Assembly: GCA_964187785.1 (NCBI GenBank)
Contig: OZ076410.1
Span: forward strand, 25,978,001-26,042,000
From: Amphiscolops sp. MND2022
Taxonomy: Eukaryota
Direction of reading: 5' to 3'
DNA: 64,000 nucleotides
The notes below the pieces were generated by a model that was not told where the DNA came from, made no database searches, and was given only the letters and a program-made list of their open reading frames with translations. Made by a program: the position numbers and the translations under genes. Shown piece by piece: positions 12,683 through 24,651 of the stretch. Within the stretch, counting starts at the first letter, position 1. Every line of letters starts with the position of its first letter.

Positions 12683-13339
12683 TGTATATGTTACAGGAAA
12701 CCCGTGGACTAGAGTGAAAGGGACACCACTTTCAGAAGAAATTCCAAAGCCCTCATATTTTCTACCCGGAGATGAGACACCACCCGTGCCCTCCACACGA
12801 AACTGAGAAAGAGAGGAGTGAGGAGGAAATGTCATAATCGGTTCAATCTGGTTTGACCTCTACCGAGTTTTGGTTCATAGACTGTATGTCTAGCATACCA
12901 GTTTAGAGACAAACAAAACTTCTGCAGTATACTTAATTTGATACTTCTTTATATAAATAACAGTATCTACGATATAGTCAGTGAACTATAGAAAGTATCT
13001 TAACCTTTCTTTTATCTAGAGCCTAGTTGTTGAGATTAGAACAGTGAGAACGTGAAATTGTTTTCAGTTTTAATTCAAATAGTAGAGTGTGCCTACAAAA
13101 TGTTTCCATGCAGGCCCCCGGATTTTGCCGTGTTTTGTTTAAAAATTAGTCTGTATATTTCCATGCAGTATGTAAAAACATCAAGCAATCTCAACAAAGG
13201 TTATGACGCCCGTAGTTAAGGCCGCTGGAATAATTCACATGACGCAGGCCTGCACGCAGGGTAATTTTTATGGTTTTTTATGGATGAAAAGTCAATAAAA
13301 TTCCTAGGTAATTCTTGAAGAATTACACTGTGTTTTCCA

Positions 13340-14060
13340 CTACTACAAATAGATTCGAAAATAAATCGCATTTAATTACCGACACGATCACTTTGTTTTC
13401 ACACTTTCCATTGTCAATTACTCATCTGATGTGAAAACCGCTTCTCTAATAGGAAGCTAACGATGACGCTAGTTTGCAATTTATCAAATTTGCGACTGAA
13501 GTTATTTGGCATTGAACTGGCGGTAAAACTGCTAGGCAACTTAGTTGCATTTGAAGTTAGAACTGCCGTAGTCGAGATTGCTTGATTTTTTACATGCTCC
13601 ATGAACACATGCAGGCTAATATTTTACATGAAGAACTCAGGGAGCATGCATGGAAACGTTTTTAGGATTACAGTGCAGCTTCCATTATTTCAATTAAAAA
13701 GAAAAACAACTCCACTTTTTCACCGTCGCGATCACTTTGTTTTCACGCTGAAGTTTCTCAATTAAATAACTTATACATGCACCGTTACGTCAAATATGAC
13801 AATATTTTGAAACTCATAATGTGAATGAAGTTTGCTTGCATTGAAATTGCTGTAAAATTGATGAGGTCTCAGCTGCTTTCAAAATTAGAACTGCTGCTTA
13901 ATAAAACCTGCAAAACGTTGCGGTTCGAAACTGCCGCCAAATTTTAGGTGCATCTTTTGGGCAGCTTGATAGAATTAATTTGAAACACTGAATTTTCATT
14001 TGGTAGAAGTTACCGTGAGAATTTTAAAAAATCATAAAAAGTTTGCTTGATAACCTACAA
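13340..14060 (-). repeat. Two tandem diverged copies of repeat family R1
   Basis: CGATCACTTTGTTTTCAC occurs at about 13385 and 13727. It is reverse-complement homologous to 7860-8254. Confidence 0.55.
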
Positions 14061-14815
14061 AAACTTCTAAAAAGTTCAAGCAATTTCAACAGGGTGTTTC
14101 CTAGTGAAACCTGCATAACTTCAAGACTTGACATTGGCGCCAAAACGTTCAAGCAACTTGATAAAATCCGCGTACAACAGGGAAATATTTATCATGAAAG
14201 TTTCCGTGAGGAATTCAAAAAATCATGATATGATAAACTTTGCTAGCAGCATTAAAGTACATGCAAAAAGTTCAACCAATTTCAGAAAGGGTGGGATTTT
14301 TTTCAAGTTTAATTGCAGTTGTGTTCACTACATGAACCTTATTGAATTTTCTACTTTTTTAAAAAATTACCCTGCATGTGGGCGGCCTGCAGCAGATAAA
14401 AAGTTCCAACAGTCTCAACTGGGGGAGTATTAGTGTTTTCGGCCACTTATTAAACTTTTTAAACGGTCATTTTTAACGCCAAAAGTATCGCTGAAGGTTT
14501 GGTAGTTTCGATCTCATGAATAAAAGCCTCGCCAAAAGACGTTTTCGGGTCGACTACCATGTTAATGAAAGTTTCTTACTCATCGCCAAACTTGAATCGC
14601 ACTGTGTTGGTTTATTTAGTCAGGAGATTTGCGCTTTGTGAGATTGGAAATTATTGATTGTCACCTTATCAACCACGAGCCCCCTAACTGAAATCCCCCA
14701 AAACGTCCTCAAGAGAGCTGGTTGTTCTTCTGACAACTGAGGAATTATGCATATCTGATTAAAGCTGTTCTCAGTCGAATCCCACGCGAAGTGTCTGAAG
14801 TTCAGTAGTTGTCAT

Positions 14816-15303
14816 GGTGCACAGACAAAAGGGCCACAGACAAAAAGGCTTCCAGACAAAAGGGCCAAAAAACACAGACAAAAGGGCCACGGACAAAAAG
14901 GCCAAAAAAGCAGACAAAAGGGCCAAAAACCAAAGTTATATTTTAATTGTTTTTTCAATGAAAAAATTGTTTTTCCAATGTAATAAAACAGATCTGGAAC
15001 TTGATTTATTTGAAGACGTTAGCATATTTGTTGTATGGCTCGGTCGCTTCGCTCCCTTCGCCAAGTAGCAACATTGAGGCATAGCCATATGACACGTCGC
15101 TCCGCTTCGCTTCGCTCCTGCATTTAGGGCACTAGGGGTATGTGAACTTAGCTGACTACGTTATAATAATTGAGCTCTTAATTAAAATTCTTTTGGCCCT
15201 TTTGTCTGCTTTTTTGGCCTTTTTGTCTGTGGCCTTTTTATCCGTGTTCTTGGCCCTTTTGTCTGTAAGCCCTTTTGTCTGGAAGCCTTTTTGTCAAGAC
15301 ACG
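14816..15303. mobile_element. Mutator-like (foldback) MITE with a 9-bp TSD
   Basis: TSD AGTTGTCAT at 14807-14815 and 15304-15312. The ~115-bp TIRs are built from tandem GACAAAAGGGCC units. A 9-bp TSD is typical of MULEs. Confidence 0.85.
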
Positions 15304-17155
15304 AGTTGTCATATATATCCAAAAAGATATTGACAAGATTGTATAGGAGCGTAGACGGCATGAGACTCTTTAACCCAAAAAGAAATGAACTTGAATTGAA
15401 AGTTATCATGAAAGTTGGTATTGACTCAAGGAGTGGATGCTGGTAAAAAAAATCAATGTTTGCTTAGAGCAGCGTGGATATTAAAATCCGGAAAGATTCT
15501 CACAGCAATTAGAAAAACTGTTTTTTTAAATTATTATAACATCAGCTATAGTAAGTCCGGAGTAAGTCACACACTAAAATTTGACGAAATTTGAATAAAC
15601 GCATGCACATTCTTTCGAAACGTTTATACAAAAAGTAGTTTTGGCACCGAGTATGTTATAGCATTACAGCATGGAGTCTCAGCTTGAGTAAAGAATGGTT
15701 CGCAAGAAACAACTGTAATGTAATAACTCACCCCCTTACTGGCACTGGTGACCACCGCTGGAGACAATTTTGGATACCCAAATGTTATTACCACCAATAG
15801 CACCGTGCTTCAAAAATGAATAAACACTGAAATTCGGAGAATTATTGAAATGTATTCATTGACTGTCATTTAATCATTTTTGAGTGCGGAGGGTTACGTT
15901 AATTACCTTTGTAGCCTTGAGGAAGATTTTCGGCATCGTGTATCCCTTAGCCGCAATGTAGGCTACCCGAGTTGAGAGCGCAGGAAACTATTTCATGCGC
16001 AAGCATGCACACATGGATCATTTTTATTATATAATTATATAAAATCTTTTCTGCATCTTGTGAAAACTTTCAAAACTTTCCTGCATCTTAGAAAATCTTG
16101 GAGGCTTACCATGCGCAATGAAAAAACGCTGCAGACTATAAGGGCGCCAACTTAGAAAAGCAGAACTGCTTATTTGGAGTACACGCCGCAAAATGGAGAA
16201 ATCATTCTTTCTTTTCTTAAACCTTACAAAAACTTTCAAAGCAAAAAACAATTGAAAAATCAATTCAAATGACATTAAATGTACGACAATAAAAAATGAC
16301 TACAGAAAAACAACTGTTCAATCGAAGTTACCATGGAAAAACGGATATTGTCTTGTACTGACAATACACCACCTTCCTGGGTGTCTTTGTGCCCGGGTGT
16401 CTTCAGGAAAGACTCCAGGCGAAACCCTCTGAATCATGCAGTGGTAATGTAAATGTATCAGAATCCAGCTCTAGAATTTTTAAGAACCAAAAACTAAAAA
16501 CTGGAAAGATTTCAAAAACAGCATACCTTTATAATGGCTACCTAGTTTATTATGTCCGATGTCTGAAGCAAATTATGGATCCGAGAAAATTTTTGTCACA
16601 AAACTGCAAAAGTGTGTTTTAGAGTTCACGACTACTAATTCCACCGGAAATTTCTACTAGATCACGGAAAACCATGTACAAACTCATAGCCCATTCGGAT
16701 TTGCAGTTCTTTGCAACCCCGGCACTCGTAGACTAATTGTTTACGTAATATTGCAGCTTATACACTTACAGAAACTGAGATTTTGTTTGCGGAATCCCGT
16801 AATTTTGTGAGGGAGGTTTGTATTTAACTTCCTTATTGTTGTTCTGAAAACACGCGAAACTGTATAAAACTCCAAATAAATACCCGAAGAAATTGCAATG
16901 CATCAAGGAAATTGTTTAGCATCAATGATTCTCACTGAAACTCTCGAACTTATGCTAAAAGGGCTTGTCATTCTATGAAATCATGCAAAATTTCAAGCCG
17001 TTTTTATTAGGGAATGTTGCAGAGCTAATAAAGTTTAGTCAAAATAAACAAAATGTAAATGCTGATAGTGCCGAGAGAAATCCCGGACTGTTAACATATA
17101 GATTATAAAATCGCATCACGATTTTTGCAAAATTTGTATTAAACATACAACGTTT

Positions 17156-17188
17156 CCACCTGTTACCACCTGTTACCACCTGTTACCA
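17156..17188. repeat. 10-bp tandem repeat (CCACCTGTTA)x3
   Basis: Directly visible. Confidence 0.9.
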
Positions 17189-17334
17189 ATTGCTATCGCC
17201 TGATACCATATGAAAAGCTGTGGATGACACTTGGGTGGACAGCGATTCTTTGCCAACTAGGACAGCTGAGCTTAAACTCAATATGGGCTGTTGAACAGCG
17301 ACCTTTTTTAACTGGTGCTAAACCAAATTTTTCA

Positions 17335-18290
17335 CCAGATTTTTCTTCTTTTTCCGATTCTTCAATTTAATTTACTCTCCTCACGGATTTTGCAGTGTCC
17401 CGAGTTTTTAGTCGCTGCATCATTTCTTTGTGCCGCTGGGGAAACTTCTTTTTGCAGCACTTTCCAGGTGTCCAACCAATATACAAAATTTACAACGGTG
17501 ATTGGTGGCGATGCAGAAATTTACATGCTCCCTGATAAAATTCGCCTCCCAACTTCTATAGCATTCCCGGGGGTGAGTTTTCTCTATCGCAAATATTGGC
17601 TCGCTTTTCACCACTGCTTCTGCTGTTTCGGGCACTTGTGTTCCGTATGCCTTTTGCCTCTTCACCCCCTTCTCGAAGGCGATTGCGAATTCTAGGGCTT
17701 GGTCTGGCTCCTTAGGCTCTATACACAGTTTTTCTTTTAACTTCTTGTAATTCATATGAAGGATGAACATAGCCAAAACAAGGGTTGTCGTTTTATCCCC
17801 GAAGTCGCACAATGCCGCCAGTCCATTAAGTGTGTGGCAAAACTGTGGAAGTGATTCACCGGGCTGTTTGAGTCTTGAAAAAAATTTATGGCGATCTAAT
17901 GTCCTGTTTCTCTTTTTTCGGAAACATTCGTTGCAAAGGGCTATCAGCTTCTGTGCTCTTAGCTCCCACAGGGCCGTGGTTGGGTAATTATCCATGAAAT
18001 ACTTTGGTCCTGCGTCGCCCAAAACCAGATACATCACACCGATGACTTTTTTATTTGCAGATTCTTCTTCCAGATCCCCCAGCAACGCACGAACCATGAG
18101 ATTCTGCTGATCGGCATCTCTCGTCAACTCTGTGATTGAAGATCATATATTTAGACACTTGAAATAAAGGCTGCTTGAAATAAATCTAACCATATGTCCC
18201 AATCCATTGCTGGATTAGTGGTTGCATCGTCCCAAAATACAGGCAAACCCACGAGGTTGGAAGATGCAGAAGAACTGGGGAAGTTTCAGC
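17335..18290 (-). pseudogene. Family B gag, downstream copy (partial)
   Basis: ORF 17420-18127 (RNRTLDRHKFFSR; CYR..EANF..EH zinc-knuckle remnant) is colinear with 22274-22990. Confidence 0.8.
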
Positions 18291-21200
18291 TCGCAGCGCC
18301 AAGTTAACGTGGAGCTCACAGACTTTTGTAAAATATATTGAAGGTTGAAGTGTGTATTGATGAATGTAATTGCGTGATGTTTTGACTGTCTGTTTTTATC
18401 AAAGGCTTCCGCAAAGTATGGCTTGACATTTTCAGAGGTTTAGATCAAGTACCAATAGTTTTTTACAAACAGTAAATAAGAAATGTAATAAATGTTGTTT
18501 ACTTCATGGTTAACTTTAAGATTAACAATGTTTTAAAAGTTTTACAATGTAATAAAAGTTTGTTGTGTCACTAGGCTTCTTCAGCCGCTTTTTCTTCTTC
18601 TACCGCCTCAACCCCATCACGTCAATGCCGTATCGTTTGGTCGGGAATCGATTCCTCTCGAGGACTCTGGTTGGTTCCTTCTCTGTGCTCTTCCACGCTC
18701 TTGTTTTTTTCTCTCCAGGTTTTGCTCAATTTTGGGGAACTGCTCATCCCTTCTTTCTTGCACTGACCCCTTTTTTGTCCGATCTGAACTGTTTGCTTGC
18801 TCCCATTTTCCGTTGTGCCTGATGAAATTTCTATGATTGTAGGGCGTGGCTCGGCTTCCAGATCAAACGCAAGCTCAGGCGTTTGTTTCTCTTCCTTCTT
18901 TTTCTTTGGCATATTTTTCTTTTTCGGTTCATCCGTTTCACTATGGCTAGTGGATTCAGCCAAAATAGCTCGTTTTCTTCTTGCAGTCTTTTTAATTTTT
19001 TCTTTTTGGGCGCTGTTCGCAGAAGCAATATCTCTCTTCGAGAAAGATTTCACCAGCTCTGTTGACTCGGGTAGAATTGACACTGTGTGATCAGTCTCAT
19101 TGATGATCTTTCCCATCTTTTTGGGAAATGTAGGCTCGAGTTTTGATCCTTTGGCCCTCTCCCTGACCAGTATCGTGGAATCCAGTTCATCCTGGAAATC
19201 TGACGGTTGAAAATATACTGCTCAGTCTTGGGCTGAAATATCCATGAGCTTTTTTACAGCATTGGATTTTACTGTGTTCGGTTCTTTTCCCATGTGTTTC
19301 TCGAACGGCGATTTTCTATCCTTCTTTTTATTTACCCTTAGTGCGTACAAAATTTCCGATAACCCTGACTTGTCCTTAGTTAAGACAATTTGTCTATTCG
19401 CTCGGGTCGCTCATTAATTGTTCTGATAGGCCGCTCGATTTCCCCTATGATCTCTCACTGGGCATGTCAGTTGCTCTATTCCGAATTGCTTACAAAGCTA
19501 GGTGAATGCTTCGCTTACAAATTCCGTACCTGGATACGTTCGTATTTTTCTGGGACTCCGTACTACGCAATGTATTGTTTTAAAAACTAGATTACTTTCT
19601 TTGTTGTTGGACGGTGTAAAAAGTTGGCGTCGGGCCAGCCTGAAAAAGGATCTATGTGACACTAATACGTAATTTTTTCCCTTTTTCGCATTTTGGAACG
19701 GACCGGCAAAATCTAGCGCTATCCCTTCGTTTTGCTCATTTGTTTCCGGTAATTTTCCCGTTTGAGTTTTTTTTAAAATTCATTTTAGATTCTCACCTGA
19801 TTGGAGGCACTGTTCACATAACCGAGCTTGGTCGGTTACTTCTCTATGGATCCGGGGACACCAAATGTCCGTAATGTGAGATAATATGGCGTCCCGTCAC
19901 GATGACCATAGTGCAACGAGCACATTATCATCGCTCTCATGGATTGCGGGATAACCAACCGCTTATCCACGTAAAGGAAATCGTTAGAGTGTACCGAAAT
20001 CGATTGGAACTTTTCACGCCAGGGCGCCGGTAATCGGGTAACTCCCGTCTTGTTGTACTTTTTTTTTACTAATGTGATTACTTTTTGAATAATCTTTTCG
20101 GCGACGTTATTTTCCGGTAAGAGCCTTTCATTGAGTAACTTAATTGACGGACTTCGATCAATTGTACGTTTACGCGTGTTTTGTCGAGCAATGATGCTTA
20201 CTTGCTTCCCGCGAATTGCGTTTGTCCTGCATTCTGATTGGCTGTTTTGTTCTCACTTGATTTATGCGGTTGACGCGATTATTCTCACTCGCACTTTTCT
20301 CCGGATTGCTTCGCTCGCTTGTTGCTTGCTTGTTCTCTAAAACATCATTCAAACCATTTATGCTAATTACAGTGAACCATTCATTCCACAGGGTCTCGGC
20401 TTTTATTGACGCTTCCTGTAAATCTGTGGGATGTCTTGACAGGTAACCTGCCATGCCTAATGTTCTCCCAGCTACATGTACAACTTCAAATTCAAATGGG
20501 AGTAATCTATCTACCCATCTCGTTAGCTGGCTGGAGAATGTTTTATTTCCTTTGTTTGGTACTGACATTAAGGCTTTATGATCAGAACGTTTTTTGAACT
20601 GTACACCATATACTGATTTTCGAGATGCTCGACAGCCCAATCTATAGCTAATAATTCTAATTCATTATTAGAGTACTTCGCCTCAAAATCGGTTGAAAAT
20701 CTTTACGCAAAACAAATTGGTTTCCATTCATCTTTCTCTTGGCTTTGCTGTAAGACTGCGCCTAACCCTTGTTTGCCAGCATCGCAAATTATTCTGATTT
20801 CTTAGCTTCTTTCAAAATGTGACAGTTTTACAACCTTCTTATATTCATCGTTAATTTTCAAAAAGACATTTTCATGATCTTGGTTCCAAATCCAATCTGC
20901 ATCTGTTTTCAAAAGTGTTCTAAAAGGAAAATTCCTTGCCGCTAAATTTGGTATGAATTTCTTAAATTGGTTAACTGCTCAAAGAAATGAAATGACGTAA
21001 TTGTTTCAAATTGGTTGGTCGCAGCTTTTCGCTTATACCCTGAGCATTTGCATCATTCTTGGAGATGCCTGTCCTGGTTAACTTATATCGCAGCCATTAT
21101 ATGCTCTCTTTACGCATTTCTCTACTTTCAACGGTAAATTCGCCTTATCCAAAATTCTCAAAACTTCCCTCAATTTGTTTACATGATCTTGCTTGGTTCC

Positions 21201-23178
21201 TTTTGTTACAATTAAAATATCGTCTATAACACAAATACACTGTATATATATACCAATGTGAGGTCCATCAATTTCTGGAATTCCGTAGGCATTACATTGA
21301 GGCCGTAAAATTCACTTGTAAATCTACAGGTGCCTGTTGATTTCCCCCCGACAATTTGAAAATCACAATGTCTTTTGGTTAAATCATGCAACGGAATTTG
21401 GACATAAGCGTATGTCATATCATTCGACGAATACCAGGCCTCTCCTTTTTTCTGGTCTAATTTCTCAGCAATCATATCAATTAAGTTATCTAAGTTCGGC
21501 ATCTGGTATTTGTCCTTAGCTATTGATTGGTTTAATGCCCTCGCGTCTAGTGCGATTTTCACAGACTTATCCTTTTTGACAGTTATTACTGTTGGTTGAA
21601 AAAAACACATCGTCTTCAATTTTATCAAACTTCTCAATATGCCCCTCCTCTAACAGTTTTTCAATTTCTTTATCGACTTGCTCTTGTAATTGAATTGGTA
21701 TTCTGCGGCCTTTTTGCCGAGTCATTTTTGCCTCGCTTTTCACATTAATTTTATAATTTTAATTTCATAGTCTTTCACAAGGCCTTCTCTTCTGAACATT
21801 TTTGGAAATTCCTCTAATAATTGATGGACCTCGGGGCATTGCTTTTCTTCGGGACTTATCTCACAAAATATTTTGTCACTATTTACACTTTGCTGAATAA
21901 ACTCACACTCACTTCTTTCTATTGGTTAGTAATTTTGTTCCGGAGTGCAACTAGCCAATCCTGGCCTACGATCAATTGTCCAAAATTAGGTGCCACTAAA
22001 ACTCGAGCTTTCGAAACGGTAACTGCTGCTACTTCGAGTCGTACGAATTGGTACCCAAGTGAATTCAACGGCTATTTATTGCAATCCACATATCTTTCAT
22101 CATCAATCATGTCTCGGATTACAACTTTCTTTCGGAGACAATTTTATGTATATCCTTCTTCGTGAATATTGGAACTGGGGAACCAGTGTCGATGATTGCT
22201 CTAAAATGATTTCCGCACATCATCTCCTCAATATAAAATGGTTTGCAACCATTTCCGTCGACTCGTAGTGCCAGTTGCTCTTCATCACCAGATTCTTCTC
22301 CTTCTTCCGATTCTTCAATTTAATTTACTCTCCTCAGGGTTTTTGCAGTGTCCCGAGTGTTTAGCCGCTGCATCACTTCTTTGTGCCGCTGAGGAACTTT
22401 CTTATTGCAGCACTTTTCCAGGTGTCCAACTATTTTTTAAAATTTACAACGGAATTTGTTGGCGATGCAGAAATTTAAATGCTCCATGGTAAAATTCGCC
22501 TCCCCACATCTGTAGCATTCCCGGGGGTTAATTTTATCTATCGCATATATTGGCTCACTTTCCACTACTGCTTTTGCTGTTTCGGGCACTTGTGTTCCGT
22601 ATGCTTTTTGCCTCTTCACCACCTCCTCGAAGGCGATTGCGAATTCTAGGGCTTGGTCTGGCTTATTAGGCTTTGTACACAGGGCCGTGGTAGGGTATTT
22701 ATCCATGAACTTCTTCTGTGCTGCGTCGTCCAAAGCCAGATACATGACACTGATGACTTTTTAAATCGCAGAATCTTCTTCCAGATACCCCAGCAACGCG
22801 CGAACCCTGGGAATCTGCTGATCGGCATCTCTCGTCATTTCTGTGATTGAGATCGAAATTTTAGCCATCACGGATACTTGAAGTAAATCTAACCACTTGT
22901 CCCAATCCATTGCTGGATTAGTGGTTGCATCGCCCCAACATACTGGCAAACCCACGAGGTTGGAAGATGCAGAAGAACTGGGGAAGTTTCAGCTCGCAGC
23001 GCCAAGTTAACGTGGAGCTCACAGACTTTTGTAAAATATATTGAAGGTTGAAATGTGTATTGATGAATGTAATTGAATGATGTTTTGACTGTTTGTTTTT
23101 ATCAAAGGCTTTTGCAAAGTATGGCTTGAACAATGTCAGAGGTTTAGATCAAGTACCAGTAGTTATTTACAAACAGTA
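17335..23178 (-). mobile_element. Decayed Ty3/Gypsy family B: LTR(truncated)-gag-pol-LTR-gag(partial) tandem arrangement
   Basis: Homologous LTR segments at 23005-23178 and 18302-~18515 (AGTTAAC..GTTAACT termini) are each followed on the minus strand by PBS TGGCGCTGCGAGC (22992-23004, 18289-18301). There are two gag copies. Pol fragments include IIDTGSP (PR), IALDAR/YVQIPL (RT), RWVDRLLPFEFEVVHVAG (RH) and an IN core at about 19200-20030. Confidence 0.85.
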
Positions 23179-23228
23179 TTCATCATGTCATTGGACCACT
23201 ACTACTACGATTGATTTCCAACAAGGAC

Positions 23229-23530
23229 GGACAGCTAAGCTTAAGCTCAATATGGGCGCTTGAACAGCGATCTTTTTTGACTGGTGCTAAACCTAATTTT
23301 TCATTTAAGAGCTCTACGCTCTGCCACAAAGTTGGTAACAATTTCAATAGGAATAATTTTTATTGGAAGGTGTGAATACAAAAATATTTCTATTTTAGTT
23401 TTGCTGATTTCGATTTGTACCGCAATTTCCCATTTCACTCTCATTTCTTTGTTTGATATGCCTATGCTATTTCCACTACAAGTATGCACTTTTCCCACAT
23501 ATACATATATTGCTACAAATGATTTCTCGT
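23229..23530 (-). pseudogene. Possible older retroelement protease/RT-linker relic
   Basis: Translation GKVHTCSGNSIGI...IEIFLYSHLPIKIIPIE then CSSAHIELKLSCP loosely resembles retropepsin C-terminus and RT N-terminal linker. No DTG motif was seen. Confidence 0.25.
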
Positions 23531-24651
23531 GATATCACTCTAAAGCTTTATTCGACCTTGAAAAGAGTTGCTTTTATAACAAGCACTTTAGCTGAAAGAT
23601 ATATTTGAGCTGTCGAGCACATTTCATTCAAACAACAAATTCTTCTTGGAAGCACTTCAGAGTGATTTTTAGAGTGGAAAGTCCTTCAAACATCCTCTAA
23701 AACAATCCACTGATTGGAAATCAAGTACGGAAGTATGTATGAATCATCAACTCATTGCTATTGAAGTTTCTTTAGAAGCTTTGGGGAAATTATGGGTTTT
23801 ATCATGTAAGTACTATCAGTAAACAAAAAGTGATGAGACAAAAACATCTAAGTAAAAGATGTAAGTTTGTATTACTTTAAGAAGAACACTTAAAAAACCT
23901 TTGATAGCTTGAAATAGTAAAACCGCGCTCACGCTGCAATAGAACAACAATTACCTCAGTCATCAACAATTCGTATATACACAGTAGTATTTAACAAACC
24001 TTTTTTATGCTAGAAAAATTTATGACTGACTCGAGTAACAGGTACACAGCCTCTGTATATACGTATCACTTGAACAAATGTCCCCACTAAGGATTTTTTC
24101 GGAAAAAAAAATAAATAAATGCTAGTCAGAGATTATTTTTGACACTTTGTGAGGCTTGTGGAATTTTTTTCTGGGTTTATATCGTGTCTTTTATTAAATC
24201 AACAATTCCCGATAAAACGAAGTTTTGTCCTCAATTAACACAGTGAAAACTCCAAGACATGAGTGTTTGTTCCAGAAGTTAAAATGCACCTGTGATATCA
24301 AGCTTTTCATTTGAGATGCGCTAAAACAAAGGAAAACATCCATTTTTCATCCTTTTGTAGAAAGGCACACGTTTTCTTCGTTTAGCAAACACTAGCTGCA
24401 AAAAATATTGCTAAACATCTCACTCTGCAAAAAGTAATTGCTTTTTGCCCAAATTTCAAACCTCTCAACAAAAACATCAATTCACTTTTGTTAATATATG
24501 GACGTTGGGTGGAAGCACAATCTATTCCCTAGGGTGATGCGCATCGTTAATGTTATGGCAAGAATATAAACAAATAAAACTATCTCAGAGGCGATGGAAA
24601 TGAAAACGAAACCAAAATGACATTCTTTTAAAAATTATTTTTTGATGATAC

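Larger units (their letters stand above)
8255..13043 (+). mobile_element. Decayed Ty3/Gypsy LTR retrotransposon (family A, copy 1) with both LTRs and a TSD
   Basis: LTRs 8255-8468 and 12830-13043 (TG..CA; about 20 differences in 214 bp by eye). TSD GTGAG at 8250-8254 and 13044-13048. PBS TGGGGCAGTCAGCC at 8469 and PPT at 12805-12829. Frameshifted gag, PR, RT (WLDD), RH and a truncated IN are present. Confidence 0.95.

Noticed and set aside
14814-15409. Lys-rich ORFs (84, 63, 75 aa)
   Set aside because: They are translations of the tandem TIR repeats of the MULE-like MITE.
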